A DNA stretch of 63,625 nt, filler included, from Polymyxa betae A26-41 (lineage: Eukaryota; Protista; Endomyxa: Phytomyxea), in NCBI GenBank assembly GCA_003693705.1. It is 6 parts of 6 records of this genome, joined end to end, with 100 filler letters (N's around TTAATTAATTAA, not from the genome) between each part and the next. Parts side by side here need not be neighbours in the genome. Positions count along the whole stretch, not along the records: positions 17,671 to 39,579 come from RBZT01000625.1; 5 more parts are not named here. One strand, 5' to 3'. The position numbers and the translations under genes are program-made. Below, piece after piece: positions 25,305 through 37,485 of the stretch; position 1 is the stretch's first letter; every line of letters starts with the position of its first letter. The notes beneath the pieces are model-generated. The model was given only the letters and a program-made list of their open reading frames with translations. It did no database searches and was not told the origin of the DNA.

Positions 25305-27338
25305 CTACTGACTAGTCATGTAAATATTTGTGATGACGAATCGCCTGGTAGCCAGATAAAAGCCGAACTTCTCGAAATATTCCTGCATCATGCTCGATAA
25401 CCGCTGCTTAGCGACTTCTCTCAAATCCCGGAATAGGAAATGCTGCCCACCAAGCATGAACGGAATATCATCGACAGAAGTGCTGCTGTCTTGCGATTCT
25501 TTATCTGGAGGTGAACTCGGATCACAAATTTTCGAAAATGCTACGTAGGGATTGCTGTCCAGAGCAACAATACATTTGTCCAGTGGATGCCAACTAAACT
25601 TTTCATGGCACAGCCTAAAAATCGTTGATAAGCAATTGAAGCATAACAAGTTGCGGTACAGACAGTTCTGCAGGGGCGAATTGCTTCTTGTAGCGCATCT
25701 TAGGGCAATTGTGAACGTAATACCCCAGATAGTAATATCTTAGGTCAGGGAGAAGAGAATTTGGAACCAGGGAGAGCTCATACAGAGCTGACCAAACTCC
25801 AAGCGAAAGAAAGGCGTAATCAGGGTCGTAAAAGAAATACACAGACGAGACCTACATAATATATCAACAATCCGGTAAAGAAACAATGAAAAAGCAGAAA
25901 ATTCAGATAAGCAAAATGGCATACAGAAATGGTCAGCAATGACTGAGCCGTACACATTTGGGCAATATATCGATAACAGATACGCCAATCAGCTTATCGT
26001 CGAATCGATACTCGACATGGAATGAGCCATAGGAAATATTCGGGTCGGCGGTCCGCTGCGTTATTATTGGCGAATCACACAGGAAGTTCCGATACTGCTG
26101 TTCGGAAAGTCTGTCGATTTCGTCTTTATGAACAGCAACTTGATACAAGCGGTAGATATCGAAAGCCTCCTTCGAAAATTGAGCCGGACAAAGACGAGCT
26201 GAGAAGCGAACATAAGCTTTCGCTGAAGATTTAGAAGCCTGAGAGGTTTTCGGCTTCTTCTGGTTTGGTACTTTGAATCTTGCAAACGAGTCGCAAGAGA
26301 GATGTAGAAACCCGTTATCATCATTAGAGATTGCGATCGAGTGCTCACCATCTCGAAGCTGTAAACCCTGAAGGGCGGAGCACAGTTTTGCAGCTATAGC
26401 TCGTGGTGCGGCTAACGTTTTGGATTTCTTTCGTCGCCAACTAGCAAGAACCAGAGCGACATTACAAACGAATTCGTTCTTGAATAATTTGACGTTGTAA
26501 CTGGATATGGGGTTCTCGCCTGACGATTTCTGGGCCTCATCAATTGCACACCTCAGGTATGATTGCATTTCGGTGAAAGCAATCTCCGCGGCATCTGCCC
26601 CAACGAATTAGCAAATAGAACTTGCAAGGCCCGAAGTCCGAAAGCCTTATCAGGAGAAACATAGGCACACTGAAAAGAAAATAATGTCGAGTGGCTTAAG
26701 GCTTATAAATCATCAAATTCTGCTAGAAAGGAAACAGAGTCGCAATATCCATACCTGGAGACTGAGAAATCATGTCAGCCGAAGATTCCTTCTTCTTCGG
26801 CCCGAACTTGACATAATTGTCAAACTTATTTTTGACTTTCCTATGTTGCCGGCTGGGTCGGAAATCAGGAACATGAAGCCGAATAGTCCTATGAAGGATA
26901 TGCAAGAGATTTATACATGATTGATTCTGAACCCATACCAGTTTGGACAGCAAGACAGTTTATTATCTGGGAGATAAATATAAGCCCCAGACCTTCTCCA
27001 ACCACGATCTATCAAGGCCTGAAAAGCACTATCAGCGACCAATCATAAAAGATGACAAACGAGCATCGCAACAAATTTAGGATCGATTATAAGAGCAATC
27101 TGAGTATATAAAATATTTGTAATCATCCATATAACAACGATGAAGAGATTTTGATGCAGAAAAGAGTAACCGAAGACCAGAAAAAAGAAACCTGATAATC
27201 AGATGGCGTAATAAGCTGGGAATCGACCCCATAAGAGATCCGTCCCGATTTGGACGACGAAGCGCAGTAACCACAGGAGCTGGCGCCGGTTCCATACAAG
27301 GCGATCTGGGAGCGCCCTTCTGATCCGTTTTGGTCCAT
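25305..27338 (-). CDS. ATE1: Arginyl-tRNA--protein transferase, multi-exon
   Basis: SSCGYC, DYQ/ALIDRGWRRSG, SCCP, TIRL, YQVAVH, YGSFHVEYRFDDKLIGVSVIDILP, SSVYFFYDPDY, YYYLGYYVHNCPKMRYK. Confidence 0.95.
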
Positions 27339-28425
27339 CGTAAGCGATCGGTCAAACCGAGATCCGCGAAACAGCAAGTGATTAATAATATGAGATCCAG
27401 AAGGATCCCTCCGTAAACAACTCACATTAGACAATGACTAGTAACATATCATTAGCAGAATAGCCTTATCAAATTCAGTTTATAAGACACCATATGGGGT
27501 GGTTTGGGATAGGAATTACTATAGATTTATATAATGAACTTAACAATCTCTTTGCATTTTTTGCATTCATAGCATCAATCAGCAGACATCACTCCACCGG
27601 AGAACTTTGGAATCAATTTTGGTCCCTTGAAGTAGGGTTCGCTTGCAGCTGCTGTTCAGCGCATCTGCAGATTGGCCTGTCGTGTTCGGTTTATTAGATC
27701 ACATACTGGTTTGGTTTAGCGAAGGATTTGCTTACAAATGTTCCGTTTAAGGGAAAGCTTTCTTCAAGTGCTGGTTGTTCGCTTCCAAACCGTCATTAAG
27801 ACATCCGAATGTAGAGCGTTTAAAGGCTTACTTCTTCAACTTGATATTTTTCCTGATAGCAGGCTTTCTTAGTAACTGTTCCGAAGAACATCATTGTGCG
27901 TTCGAAATTGAAACGTCTTTGATCCACAAGCAATTGTGATTTCGTCGAATCAGTCGAGCTCATCTCATCAACGACAGTTGGACTCTGCCAAATGAATGCG
28001 GAGCCTTTCTTGAGAGCACTTTTTTTGAATCAGGTTTCGACAATGAAATCGAGAGATGGCAGTTGAATACGAACTATGTGTCGTTTGCGGTGATGATGAT
28101 GCTGAAATCGCTGACATTTTATAAGAACAAACGTAATGACAGACAGTTTGTTCGATTGTATTGCAGATCCGTTCTATCAAATCATCAAAAATGGCCGCGC
28201 TCGTCAATAGCATTTATGTTGCAAAACGGAAACGGCAGTGAATCGATCATATATTAGCACCGCCATCGACAAATGCTTTAAAACTCACAATAGAGCCATA
28301 TGAGTTGCAGAGATTCCAAAAACGTGAAAAGTTGCATTCGAAGCGAACGTATTTGGCATGGAGCGGTGGAAAACGGCGTTCTTGCACCTCTGAATGCGAA
28401 CGACAAGATTCCGTTAGAATATGTT

Positions 28426-29961
28426 TTATACAGAATTTTTTAGCGACAATTTTTTCACCAGCTCGTAGCAGGCGAAAGTTAGAGCACTGCCCGGTATTGC
28501 CATGCACATTCTCGGCCCGATTCCTTTGGTCATACCTGACAGACCTGCAGAGAAATTACCTAATTGCAAGGGCGATATAAATAACCAACCTTCGGTTCGT
28601 ATGACGCCCAGAAGGATGCTAAAAAAGCCGATTGGCTTTGAAGAAGTTTGAATACGAACCTTGGCAACATCGAGCGGATTCGAGACGATGACGCTGGCGG
28701 CTCCAGCTGTTGCACCTGCAGAGTCGAATGTTCATATCATGGTCCGATAATTCGTGTCATGTTCTTGCTACCCGCCAGCAAATAAACCGGGATTGGTGGT
28801 GAATGACGCGGGTCATTGTGTAGAAGCTCTTTTGTGAACTCGTATGTACAAAACCAGGCCGCTGATGCTAAAGACAATCATGAGTGCTGACGAAAGCATT
28901 TAACAATAAAACGAAATGAATTGATACTATAGCAAAGAAAAACCCATTAAAAAAGCAAAGAGGAAGCCCATAAAAAAAGCAAAGAAGAAACCAATAAAAA
29001 AAACGCAAAATCCTATAAAAAAAACCAAGAAAAAATAAACCCTAAGTGTAGGCATGTTCTTGAGTCTCAATAGAGTAAGAGACAAGTGTAACGAATTCTA
29101 GGTAGCCCTTTTACCTGGTCCATGTGCTAGCACACTGCCAGCCAGACCTCTATAGAGACCCGGGAACCCATTCATTCTCCAGACGTCTCTCAGGACCTTC
29201 CTAGCTGTCGGCACCGTCGTTGGGGTGATGGTCGCTGGGGCGCCATAGTCCAACTGGGCTGTGGATACCATGAGGCGAACGGAGACAACCTCGGCCGGCG
29301 TGTGAGCGATCAGACTCGCGACATCGGCAATGAAGCCGGCGGCGAAGCCGATCGCAGCTTTCGATGCGAGCTGAGATGACGATTCGAGATTGATTAGCGA
29401 CTGCTTGAGGTATTCGTAAACGCCAAAATAGATAAGCTGGCCTGGAATGTTGCCAAGCGTGCTGGGCAATAGACCTCGGAATAGCCCCTATACATCTAGG
29501 TTTTAATCAACCTTACGAAACTGAAGCAATTCAAGAAAAAAGTGAAAAATGGTAAATCGAAACTATGGGGTGGCTTGAACAGGTTTTCTCAACAGACATA
29601 GAAAATTTTGTATAAATGAAAGGCAGCAAATAGATGAAGACATCTTACACGAACTCCTTCTCGCTGAATAATAGAGCGAGCAGTCGCCCAGGCACCCATA
29701 GGCACCTTCGACCCACAATAATGCTGTTGTCGCGCCTTCAACAACTCCAAAGGATGCAAGATGGTATCATGCAATAGAAAGAACGTCTACACAAACCATG
29801 AGACAAATCTCACAAGCGAGAATTCCATTACAAACCGTATTGAAGAGAAGATATCTGGGAATGTCCATGTGCTCCCAGCAAACATCATCGATTTCATGGC
29901 TATTTAGTGAGTCGCTGACGATATTGTGAGGGCCTTTGCCCGGCGACGCCGCCTCTAACAT
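28426..29961 (-). CDS. Mitochondrial carrier (SLC25 family, SLC25A44-like), multi-exon
   Basis: Three carrier signatures (PLELLKARQQ, PAEVVSVRLM, PLDVAKVRIQ), GLFRG/GLYRG, N-terminal VCWEHMD, and last exon GMTKGIGPRMCMAIPGSALTFACYELVKKLS. Confidence 0.9.
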
Positions 29962-30404
29962 GCTGCCTCCCCCAAACCTCTAATAACCCGACGCAGTTCT
30001 TGCAACGACGCTGCGTTGCGAAAAACCATTCCGAGCCCGCCAATAGAAAGCGTTTTGGTACTCGTCTCTGTTCCATCAAACGAATAATTCCACTGTCAGA
30101 AGTGACAAACCCATCATGACTTTTCAACTTCTTTGAATATTTCTCAGTCTTTCGGTCAGTGCAATGGGCTAATGCTAATTAGTCAACTTAGGTCAGTACA
30201 ACAGGCTTATGTTTCTAAGCCAGCTTAGATTTCTATAGCAACCAGATGCTTTAGACGGAACCATCAGAGGTGTTTTGTTGAAGATGAGAACCCTGCAAGA
30301 AATGTTGGGGCTGCGAAATGGCGCAGTCATCATAAAGAGCGTGACGGTGACGCTCCTCTCCCTATCCCCCTCAACGTGGCTCAGTGAAGCCAGAGTGGCT
30401 CACC

Positions 30405-32571
30405 ATGCCGCTCTCGCTCCTGATCATCGTCCTGTTCGGCGTGCGAGCCGATGCCACTTGGTATCGACGCCAGAAAGCGCCCATCAAGCAGTCGGATTTC
30501 CCGCTTCCTGAAGTCATCTATACGGTCGATCGGGGTCTGGACGCCATGACGAAGCACGAGATGCCGCCGCCAAACACCATTCTCCATTCGATCCACAATC
30601 TTATCGCTGAAGTCGACGACAAGATCGGCCTTGTTGCCGCGATTGCCCATCGGCGATTTGCCAATTATCCGGAAGTCGTAAACCTGCTGCGGCGAAGTTT
30701 CTCGATCCGATCGCGGGCGGTGCCGCCGCGCAGCGAAAAAGAATGGCCCACCGACCATTATGCATTGCTCAAGCTGCTTCTGGCCGGGTTCCGCTTCGAC
30801 ATGGGCCTGTACCTCTATCGGCATCCGTTGATGTCCATGACACGTCTGGCCGCCGTCATGCCCTTCCTCGAGAACCGAGACGTTCGCGTCGCCGTCAATC
30901 GCTTCATGGAGGCGGGACGTTCGCAGGAGATTATGGAACTGCTCTCGATCACGGATTTTCGTGACGACCTCGTCAACACTTCAGTCGGATTGCATGCGGC
31001 GTTGGACGCCATGCATCGTGATGATGCGTTGGCTTTCGAATCGCTTGTCTGGCATCGATCGTCGATCAAATGGATCAATAAGAAGATCGGGATTGTGCTG
31101 GATACGCTCCTGCATATAGCTGTGCGGAGAGGGAAGCTCTGGGCTGTTGCTCGTCTATGTCAAGTACCCAGTATCGATATGCGAGCTGCTAATGGCGACT
31201 ATGAGACGGCTTTGGACCTGGTCGAGCCCGAATCTGATATCTTCAACGTCATGATGCATTGGATCGAGGTCCGCCATCGTCGCAGTGTCGAATGCTCGCT
31301 TGGCGTTCCGCCTACCGACTCGCTTGGCCGCGATGCCCTAAATGCCGCCATGGGTGATAAAAAGCTAATCCAGGCTATGTTCTACAATCCCGTGGACCGG
31401 TCCGGAGGGCAGACGCCGCCGTCGTTACAATCGCCGATCGTCTCGACGGATAGTGAGCCGCCGCGAATCCGGCCGTATTATGCGCCGGATGCTGGCGAGA
31501 TTCAGCGCGCGGACGAGCCTCTTTCGAAGCCGTGGCCGACAAGCGATTGTCAGAACCCGGCAACTGAACGATTGGAATATTCGCGGCCTCAGATCAGGGT
31601 TGAGAAGGTGAGCAGATTTGTCGCCTTTCGAATTGGTTACTGAATGGTTGTTGTAGGCAGCTGTTGTTGAGCCCAAATATCACGTACCGAACGGATATGG
31701 TGCTACCGCTTATTCGCATCCAGATGCAGGTGTTGCTGAGCCTAAATATCATGTACCGAACGTATATGGTGCAACCGCTTATACGCATGTAGAGGCAGGT
31801 GTTGCTGAGCCCAAATATCATGTACCGAACGGGTATGGTGCTGCCGCTTATTCCCACGTAGAGAAGGCGGAGCCTGCTACCCAGCGATCTTCTGCTGGGT
31901 ATTCTGTTGCACATGGAAAGGGTGTCTCTTCTACCAGCTCGCAGATCTCTATCGTTAACGAATCGACAGCACCCGCATTTAGCAATTCACAATCATCCAT
32001 TTTCTCTCAATCTACATTGCCGTATTACGACAACAGATCGAATCCGCCGATGTCTCCTACAGCTGGTCTGGTTGTGCGCACAACTCGACCGCATTTGAAC
32101 GACCCGAACTCTGGAGCACTGCCGTCGCTTCTTGCAAAGCGAGGCACTTCAAACGACATTGTGGTGTGCGACAAGGTGTCGTCAGCTGTCGCCGAGTGCA
32201 CCCCCAAATCGGTTGACGCCAATAGGCAGCGCTCTCAGCAGCCACATTCCGTCCAAAATCCAGGAAGTGCTGGTTTGAATGCGCAGCCGCAGCCCGAATT
32301 CCATTCTCCGTCAGCAGAAGAGCTGGCGCCGGTACCCAGCGGCTGCCAGAAAACGCAGAGGTTCTTGTTTTCCCGAATGTTGCTGAAGCTGATCGCCGCG
32401 ATGTTCGAGGCCGGTGAGATCACGATGGCTCAGAAAGGCACCCTTAAGGACTTCGTCGTTAAACAAGATCCGGCGATTCTGGCGGCCGCCGATCTGTACG
32501 AAGCTGATCGCGACTTGGACGAATTTAAAGATACGTTGATTCGCCTGAGTATCTGCTCCAGATGCCCTTAA
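30405..32571 (+). CDS. Secreted ankyrin-repeat protein (candidate effector), two exons (30405-31607, 31657-32571), 705 aa
   Basis: Signal peptide MPLSLLIIVLFGVRADA; ankyrin DTLLHIAVRRGKLWAVARL..NGDYETALDL. A 49-nt GTGAGC..TAG intron keeps the frame into the 23-aa repeats and the 32017-32571 ORF. Confidence 0.8.
31657..31863 (+). repeat. Coding tandem repeat, 3 x 69 nt (23 aa)
   Basis: AAVVEPKYHVPNGYGATAYSHPD / AGVAEPKYHVPNVYGATAYTHVE / AGVAEPKYHVPNGYGAAAYSHVE. Confidence 0.92.
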
Positions 32572-32713
32572 AGTCTTATTTATCCAATGAATAAGCCACC
32601 GCTTAAATACACGAAATTTTCAAGCGACGTTGTCTCTCTGGGGCTATAATAATGGCAAGGTAATAGACATAGCTGGCTTTCAAAAATATATGTTTCCATT
32701 CTGGCAGTGATTT

Positions 32714-33668
32714 TCAACCGCTAATGATCATGGGATTCAACGGCGACCATGGCGGCGGACGCCGGGCGCTCGTCCATCCTCTATGTCGAGCGATCGTCTC
32801 TTGTAAAATAACATTGAAGATGTCTGAATCGGGCTCAGCCAGGTCCAAAGCCGCCTCATGGTTGAAGTTAACTGCTCTCAGATCAAGCCCGGGGACTTGA
32901 CATTGCCGTGCAACAGCCCAAAGCTTGTCGCGTCGCACAGCAATATGCAGGAGCGTATCCCGCCACCATCCGATCCGCCAATTGATCCAGGTCGACGCCG
33001 ATCGATGCCCGACAAAGTGCCGAGAGCGCCACCTCATCGTTACGATTCATTGCATCCAGGACCAGATAGACGCCGATCGGCTGTCGCCATAACGTATCAC
33101 CAAACAAAGGGATCTCCAGCAAAGCCGCAATCTCCAGCGACCGATTCGCGTCCATGAACTGGGCCAGCACGGCGCGCACATCGCGGTTCTCGAGGAACGG
33201 CGCGATCGATGGCAGATGCGCCGCCGAGACACGAACGCGCTGCATGTACTGGCCCATATCGTACCGATGGCCGGCCAGCAGCAGGTCGAAGAGCATGGCC
33301 GGGTCCGTGGGCCATTGGTCGTCCGGGGGCGGTACGGCCCGCGATGTCAGCGGGTAACGGCGACCGAGCAGGGCCAGCACGGCCGGATTGGCGGCGAGGC
33401 GGCGATGGGCGATGGCCGAGACAATGTAGTCCTGGCCTCCGACCTCCATCATGATTCTCTGCAGCGAGCATAGAATAACGGCCGGCGACCCGAACGCGAT
33501 GGTGTCTGCCAAGGCGTCGAGTTTCCGATCGATCTGGTAGACGAGATTGGCGGGCGATAAATCGACCTGGTAGACGCGGTCGACGTTGTCATAGCCAAGA
33601 GAGAAAACGGATCTGGCTGCATATATTAGAACGCAGCAGATGACGACGACCTGGAGATAGAAGGTCAT
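32714..33668 (-). CDS. Secreted ankyrin-repeat paralog of the 30405 gene; one +1 frameshift at about 33015 (pseudogene or sequencing error)
   Basis: Signal peptide MTFYLQVVVICCVLIYAARSVFS. Colinear with the 30405 protein (AIAHRR.A, SRAVPP, WPTD, PFLENRDVR, DTLLHIAVRR.KLWAVAR). Confidence 0.8.
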
Positions 33669-34250
33669 CGGGGTCACGCCTTAGCTCCACTAAGCCAATC
33701 TGTGGGGGTCGAGACCCCTTCCACTGAGTTTATGTCGCTTAGCCACGGGATTTGTTACAACTGGACTGGAGTCGGACCCATTGACGGTTGACGCGTTGAT
33801 TCCCATAGACACTTGACAACTGATAGGTGACATAAGCTGCTGGGCCGGGGCCCCACTAGTGTTCGGAAGTGACTCTGATGAAGAGTTTTCCATACTGAGG
33901 CTAAACTGCAACCGATGAAGACGGCCAACTATTGAGACTATATTAAACGCAACTACTGGAACACTGTTCCTGCTTGCTCATCGTAGAGGTTGAGGCAACG
34001 ATCATACGCTATGATATAGAAGAATAATTTGATTTTTGGAAAATACGGAATTGTAACGTTTGCTCGTATCCATCGAAGCAAACGATCATTCTGTATTATA
34101 CAAAAATCAGACCTGGAAGTAATCACCTCCAACAAGCTACCAGACGAATTTCACAAATCGCTGTTGCATAGAGACAACGTAAAATTCGACGCATCAATGA
34201 CATCACGATGCCACGGGCAGCGGATCGCATGCAATCAACAGCGATAACGT

Positions 34251-36443
34251 TCACGTTGCCAACTTAATGAGAGCTTCGTGTGAACTTGGCCATGAAAAAT
34301 CCGGATTCGGGATAAACTGGTCACCAGCGAATGTAAATGAGCAGACCTAACAAAATCAATATGCGATAGGCGAGCGTCAACGACGTTTACATTCGAGCGG
34401 AGCCAGGCGCCCAAAACTCGACCGTCAACGGCGTCGGTTTGCTTCTGAGAGGCGTCGCGAAAGCGGTCGTTGCTGATGATGACGGCGCCGTTACGTCGCG
34501 CGTGTTCAATCGTGTAAGAGTCGTCGTAATCGCCCTAGAAACACGAATAAGAAATCACTCACATATTTATGCAACTTGAAAGCATAATTCAAACATTCTG
34601 AAGCTTGCACAAAGCATTAGCTACGAAACTAAAGTAGGCCAGCACTGACGCGCCACTACATAAAAAACAATGGAAAGCATAACAGAAACTGCCATTTATG
34701 ATGATGGCTAAAAGTTGCACAGTAATGCAAAAGCAAAAAAAACGATACCTGAGGCGTGGTAGCAATGATGCCATTAACATAAAGCGTCTTGAGAAGGTTG
34801 ATATCATCGGGCATAGACGACGCCTTGGTGGCCCAGCCCTCCAATCGGCCCAATCGCTTCAGCATCGCCACCTTCTCATAGTCGAGACACTGCTCCGGGA
34901 CGAACGCGCGCACCCTCAGGCCCCGGGACTGGAAATAGTGCACGGCCAGAGCGAAGCCGCGGCACGAGAACACACGATTCCGCCCGTGGTTCATGCAGAT
35001 GTTCGGCAGGTCCAGTACGACCAGGGCCTGGACCGTCGGCAGATCGAACCGGCCCGTGGCCGGATCGACATGCATCACCACCGTCGCCAGCGTCTTCATT
35101 GAGCGCGGCAGGAAATCGGGCTGGTCGTACAGCCCGTCGACGACGCTGGCCCAGCCCGGTATCGACTCGATCGGGGCGAATCCGCGAAACAGCTCCAGAC
35201 AGGCGGCGTCGTGCGGTGCCGGGGCGGTCTTGGGGCCAGCACCACCATCCAGGCCGTCCAACGATAGAGTGTTGGACAGACGCGACAGATGCAGAAGGAA
35301 TGGGGCGGCGTCTTTGAGCTGGTCGGCGCGGCGGCAGGCGCAGATGCAGAAGACGGCGAGGACGAGGTCGGTGCGCGCGGTCGTCGTCAGGGCGAGCGAT
35401 GTCATCTGCCAGCCGAAGACAGTGACCAGCGTGCGCCAGGCTAAGACGGCTTGATCAGCCAGGCCGAGAAAGATGACGAGAATGTAGCTGAGATTGGGAA
35501 TGGCGTCGCAGGACAGCGCCAGAGCGCGAACAGCCGAATTCAGGTCGGCGAGAACCGGTTCGGGGTCGTCGACGAGCTCGTCGCCTAGAAAGCTGAGCTC
35601 TGCTAGGCGAATCAGAAGGCGATTGAAGCGATCGGCGATCTTGGCGCGAGGACGATCGAGCGCGGAACGGTTGGCGTCGAAGGCGTGAAGTAGGTTGGAG
35701 CGGGCTGGGGAGAAGGGGTATTGGGCCCAAAGAGCTCGGAGGAACCCATGGACAGCCAACAGCTGTGATGACGTATTATCGAGGGAAGCATGAACCACGC
35801 CCAGCTGATTATAAGGCTTGCCCATGGCTGGAATAACCTGCATTTGAAGTTTAAGGGAAGCTTTAAAGCAGAAAGCAGAAAGCGGTGCGGCAGAGATTGA
35901 TAAAATATGTTTTGCTGGAAACACAGTTTGAATGGAGAAAAGTTCGAGATACCGATATGGCTTTCTGATAGAAGTGAGAGGCTTGATCCAATTTGCCATT
36001 GTATCGATCGAGATCACCCAATGATGCCAAGGCCAGACTTTTGACACGAAGTTCATTGGCTTGCACATCTGTTAAAGCATCACGTTAAGAGTGTTGAGAG
36101 AAAGGGGCAAAAGACACAGAGAAAGAACAGATTACAATCTGCGAATCTGAGAACGATTATAAACTGTTATGCAGCTGCAAAACATCAAAATAAGAATAAA
36201 AAAAAATGAATCTTAAGGTCACCTACAGATCTGCTGTTGAACCATTTTACCAGCTTGATACAGATCAGAGTTCGTCTCGATCGCTTTTCTCCACATCGCT
36301 AGAAGCCGTGAATCGATCTTCTTCTCCAGTGCGAACGTTGGAAACTCGATCAGCAAACGCTGATATAAGGAAGTCGACCCGTCCAGGTCTCCAGCGCGTT
36401 CACGACCAAGGGCATCGCGAAGCAGCTCCCGATCGGGTGACAT
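34251..36443 (-). CDS. EST1/SMG5-7-type TPR domain fused to a Zc3h12a/Regnase-type NYN (PIN-fold) ribonuclease; five exons, 553 aa
   Basis: Exons 36443-36227, 36068-35953, 35837-34749, 34534-34391 and 34346-34251 splice in frame with GT-AG. TPR motifs: LGDLDRY, FYQKAISVIPAMGKPYNQLG, FLRALWAQYPFSPARSNL. Nuclease motifs: VVLDLPNICMNHG..FSCRG, DYDDSY, IISNDRFRD, SFTFAGDQFIPNPDF. Confidence 0.88.
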
Positions 36444-37485
36444 TAGCAAATGGACCTCCGATATTTGTGAGAACGAACCGGTTCAAGCAACGGTTCAGTT
36501 ACGCATAAATTGGCATTACAGTCGCGCAACATATTTCTTTTTGCAGGTTTTTAGTGATTTTTGGGAAAACTGCAAAAAAGTTTGCAAATTCCGTAAAGCG
36601 ATTGCCAAGAGCAGCAACATGATTGGCAAACCGACAAGTATATGGGAATCTCAAAAGTAGTTGTCGTGCCTGTGTTCGAAGCGATCATCGCTTGTTGGGG
36701 GCTCGACCAGCCTACCTAGCAGTTAAATGCTCAATCTTCTTGCTAACTTCTCTGCTGCTTGTGCCAGCGACATTCAAAATGCATTTCAGAATGTTGAAAC
36801 TACTAAACGAAATAAATTAGGTAATACAGATAATCGGATAAACATCCCAGTATATGGAAAGAACCTCTTCATGGATTTCTATTTCAACGACAATGTTGTA
36901 AAGTTGAACTCGCTAATTCAAGCTTTAAGTTGAACAACGCTGCTTGTTAAAGCGTTGGCATCAATTCCTCGAAACGTCATTGATGCCTGTGAGTTATAGC
37001 ATTTCAGTCCAGATCCAGACGAACAAGTAACACCCAACTACCGGTACAACTAAAGGTAACCCGACCCGGTGGAGAGACGCCTCCCTCCGGAGAGCACTTT
37101 TTGGATCAATTTTCGACCAACGACCAATTTTCGATCAAATGAATACTACAGTGCGCGGTAGGCAAAGGTGAAGTCACCGATTTATAATTGTATTGAGAGG
37201 GCACAAAGACAATTCTTCATTATTTTGACGCTTTACAAAACCCAGTAGAATCTCAATATTTCTTTTTTATAGTTCAGGCTTGTAACGTACTTCTTCAGTA
37301 CATCATGAACGCTTACAGGTGCACCGCTAGGAACAAGTGTGGTTGCCGACTATGTCCTTGATCAACGATCGACAAGATGGCTGCGAGGCAACCAGTCGGA
37401 TGCTTTTTGGGGTCGCACGCCATTGGCTGCAGAGATCATACAATTGACCGCTGCTATAAACTGATGAATAAACGAATTTTACGTT

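Noticed and set aside
28930-29045. A-rich repeats (AAAAAAGCAAAGA)
   Set aside because: Low-complexity intron sequence of the SLC25 gene.
30405-30520. RxLR-type host-targeting motif after the signal peptides
   Set aside because: WYRRQK is not RxLR and is not conserved in the paralog.
31657-31863. Regular repeats resembling a CRISPR array
   Set aside because: Contiguous 69-nt coding repeats with no spacers, in frame within an exon; no cas genes.
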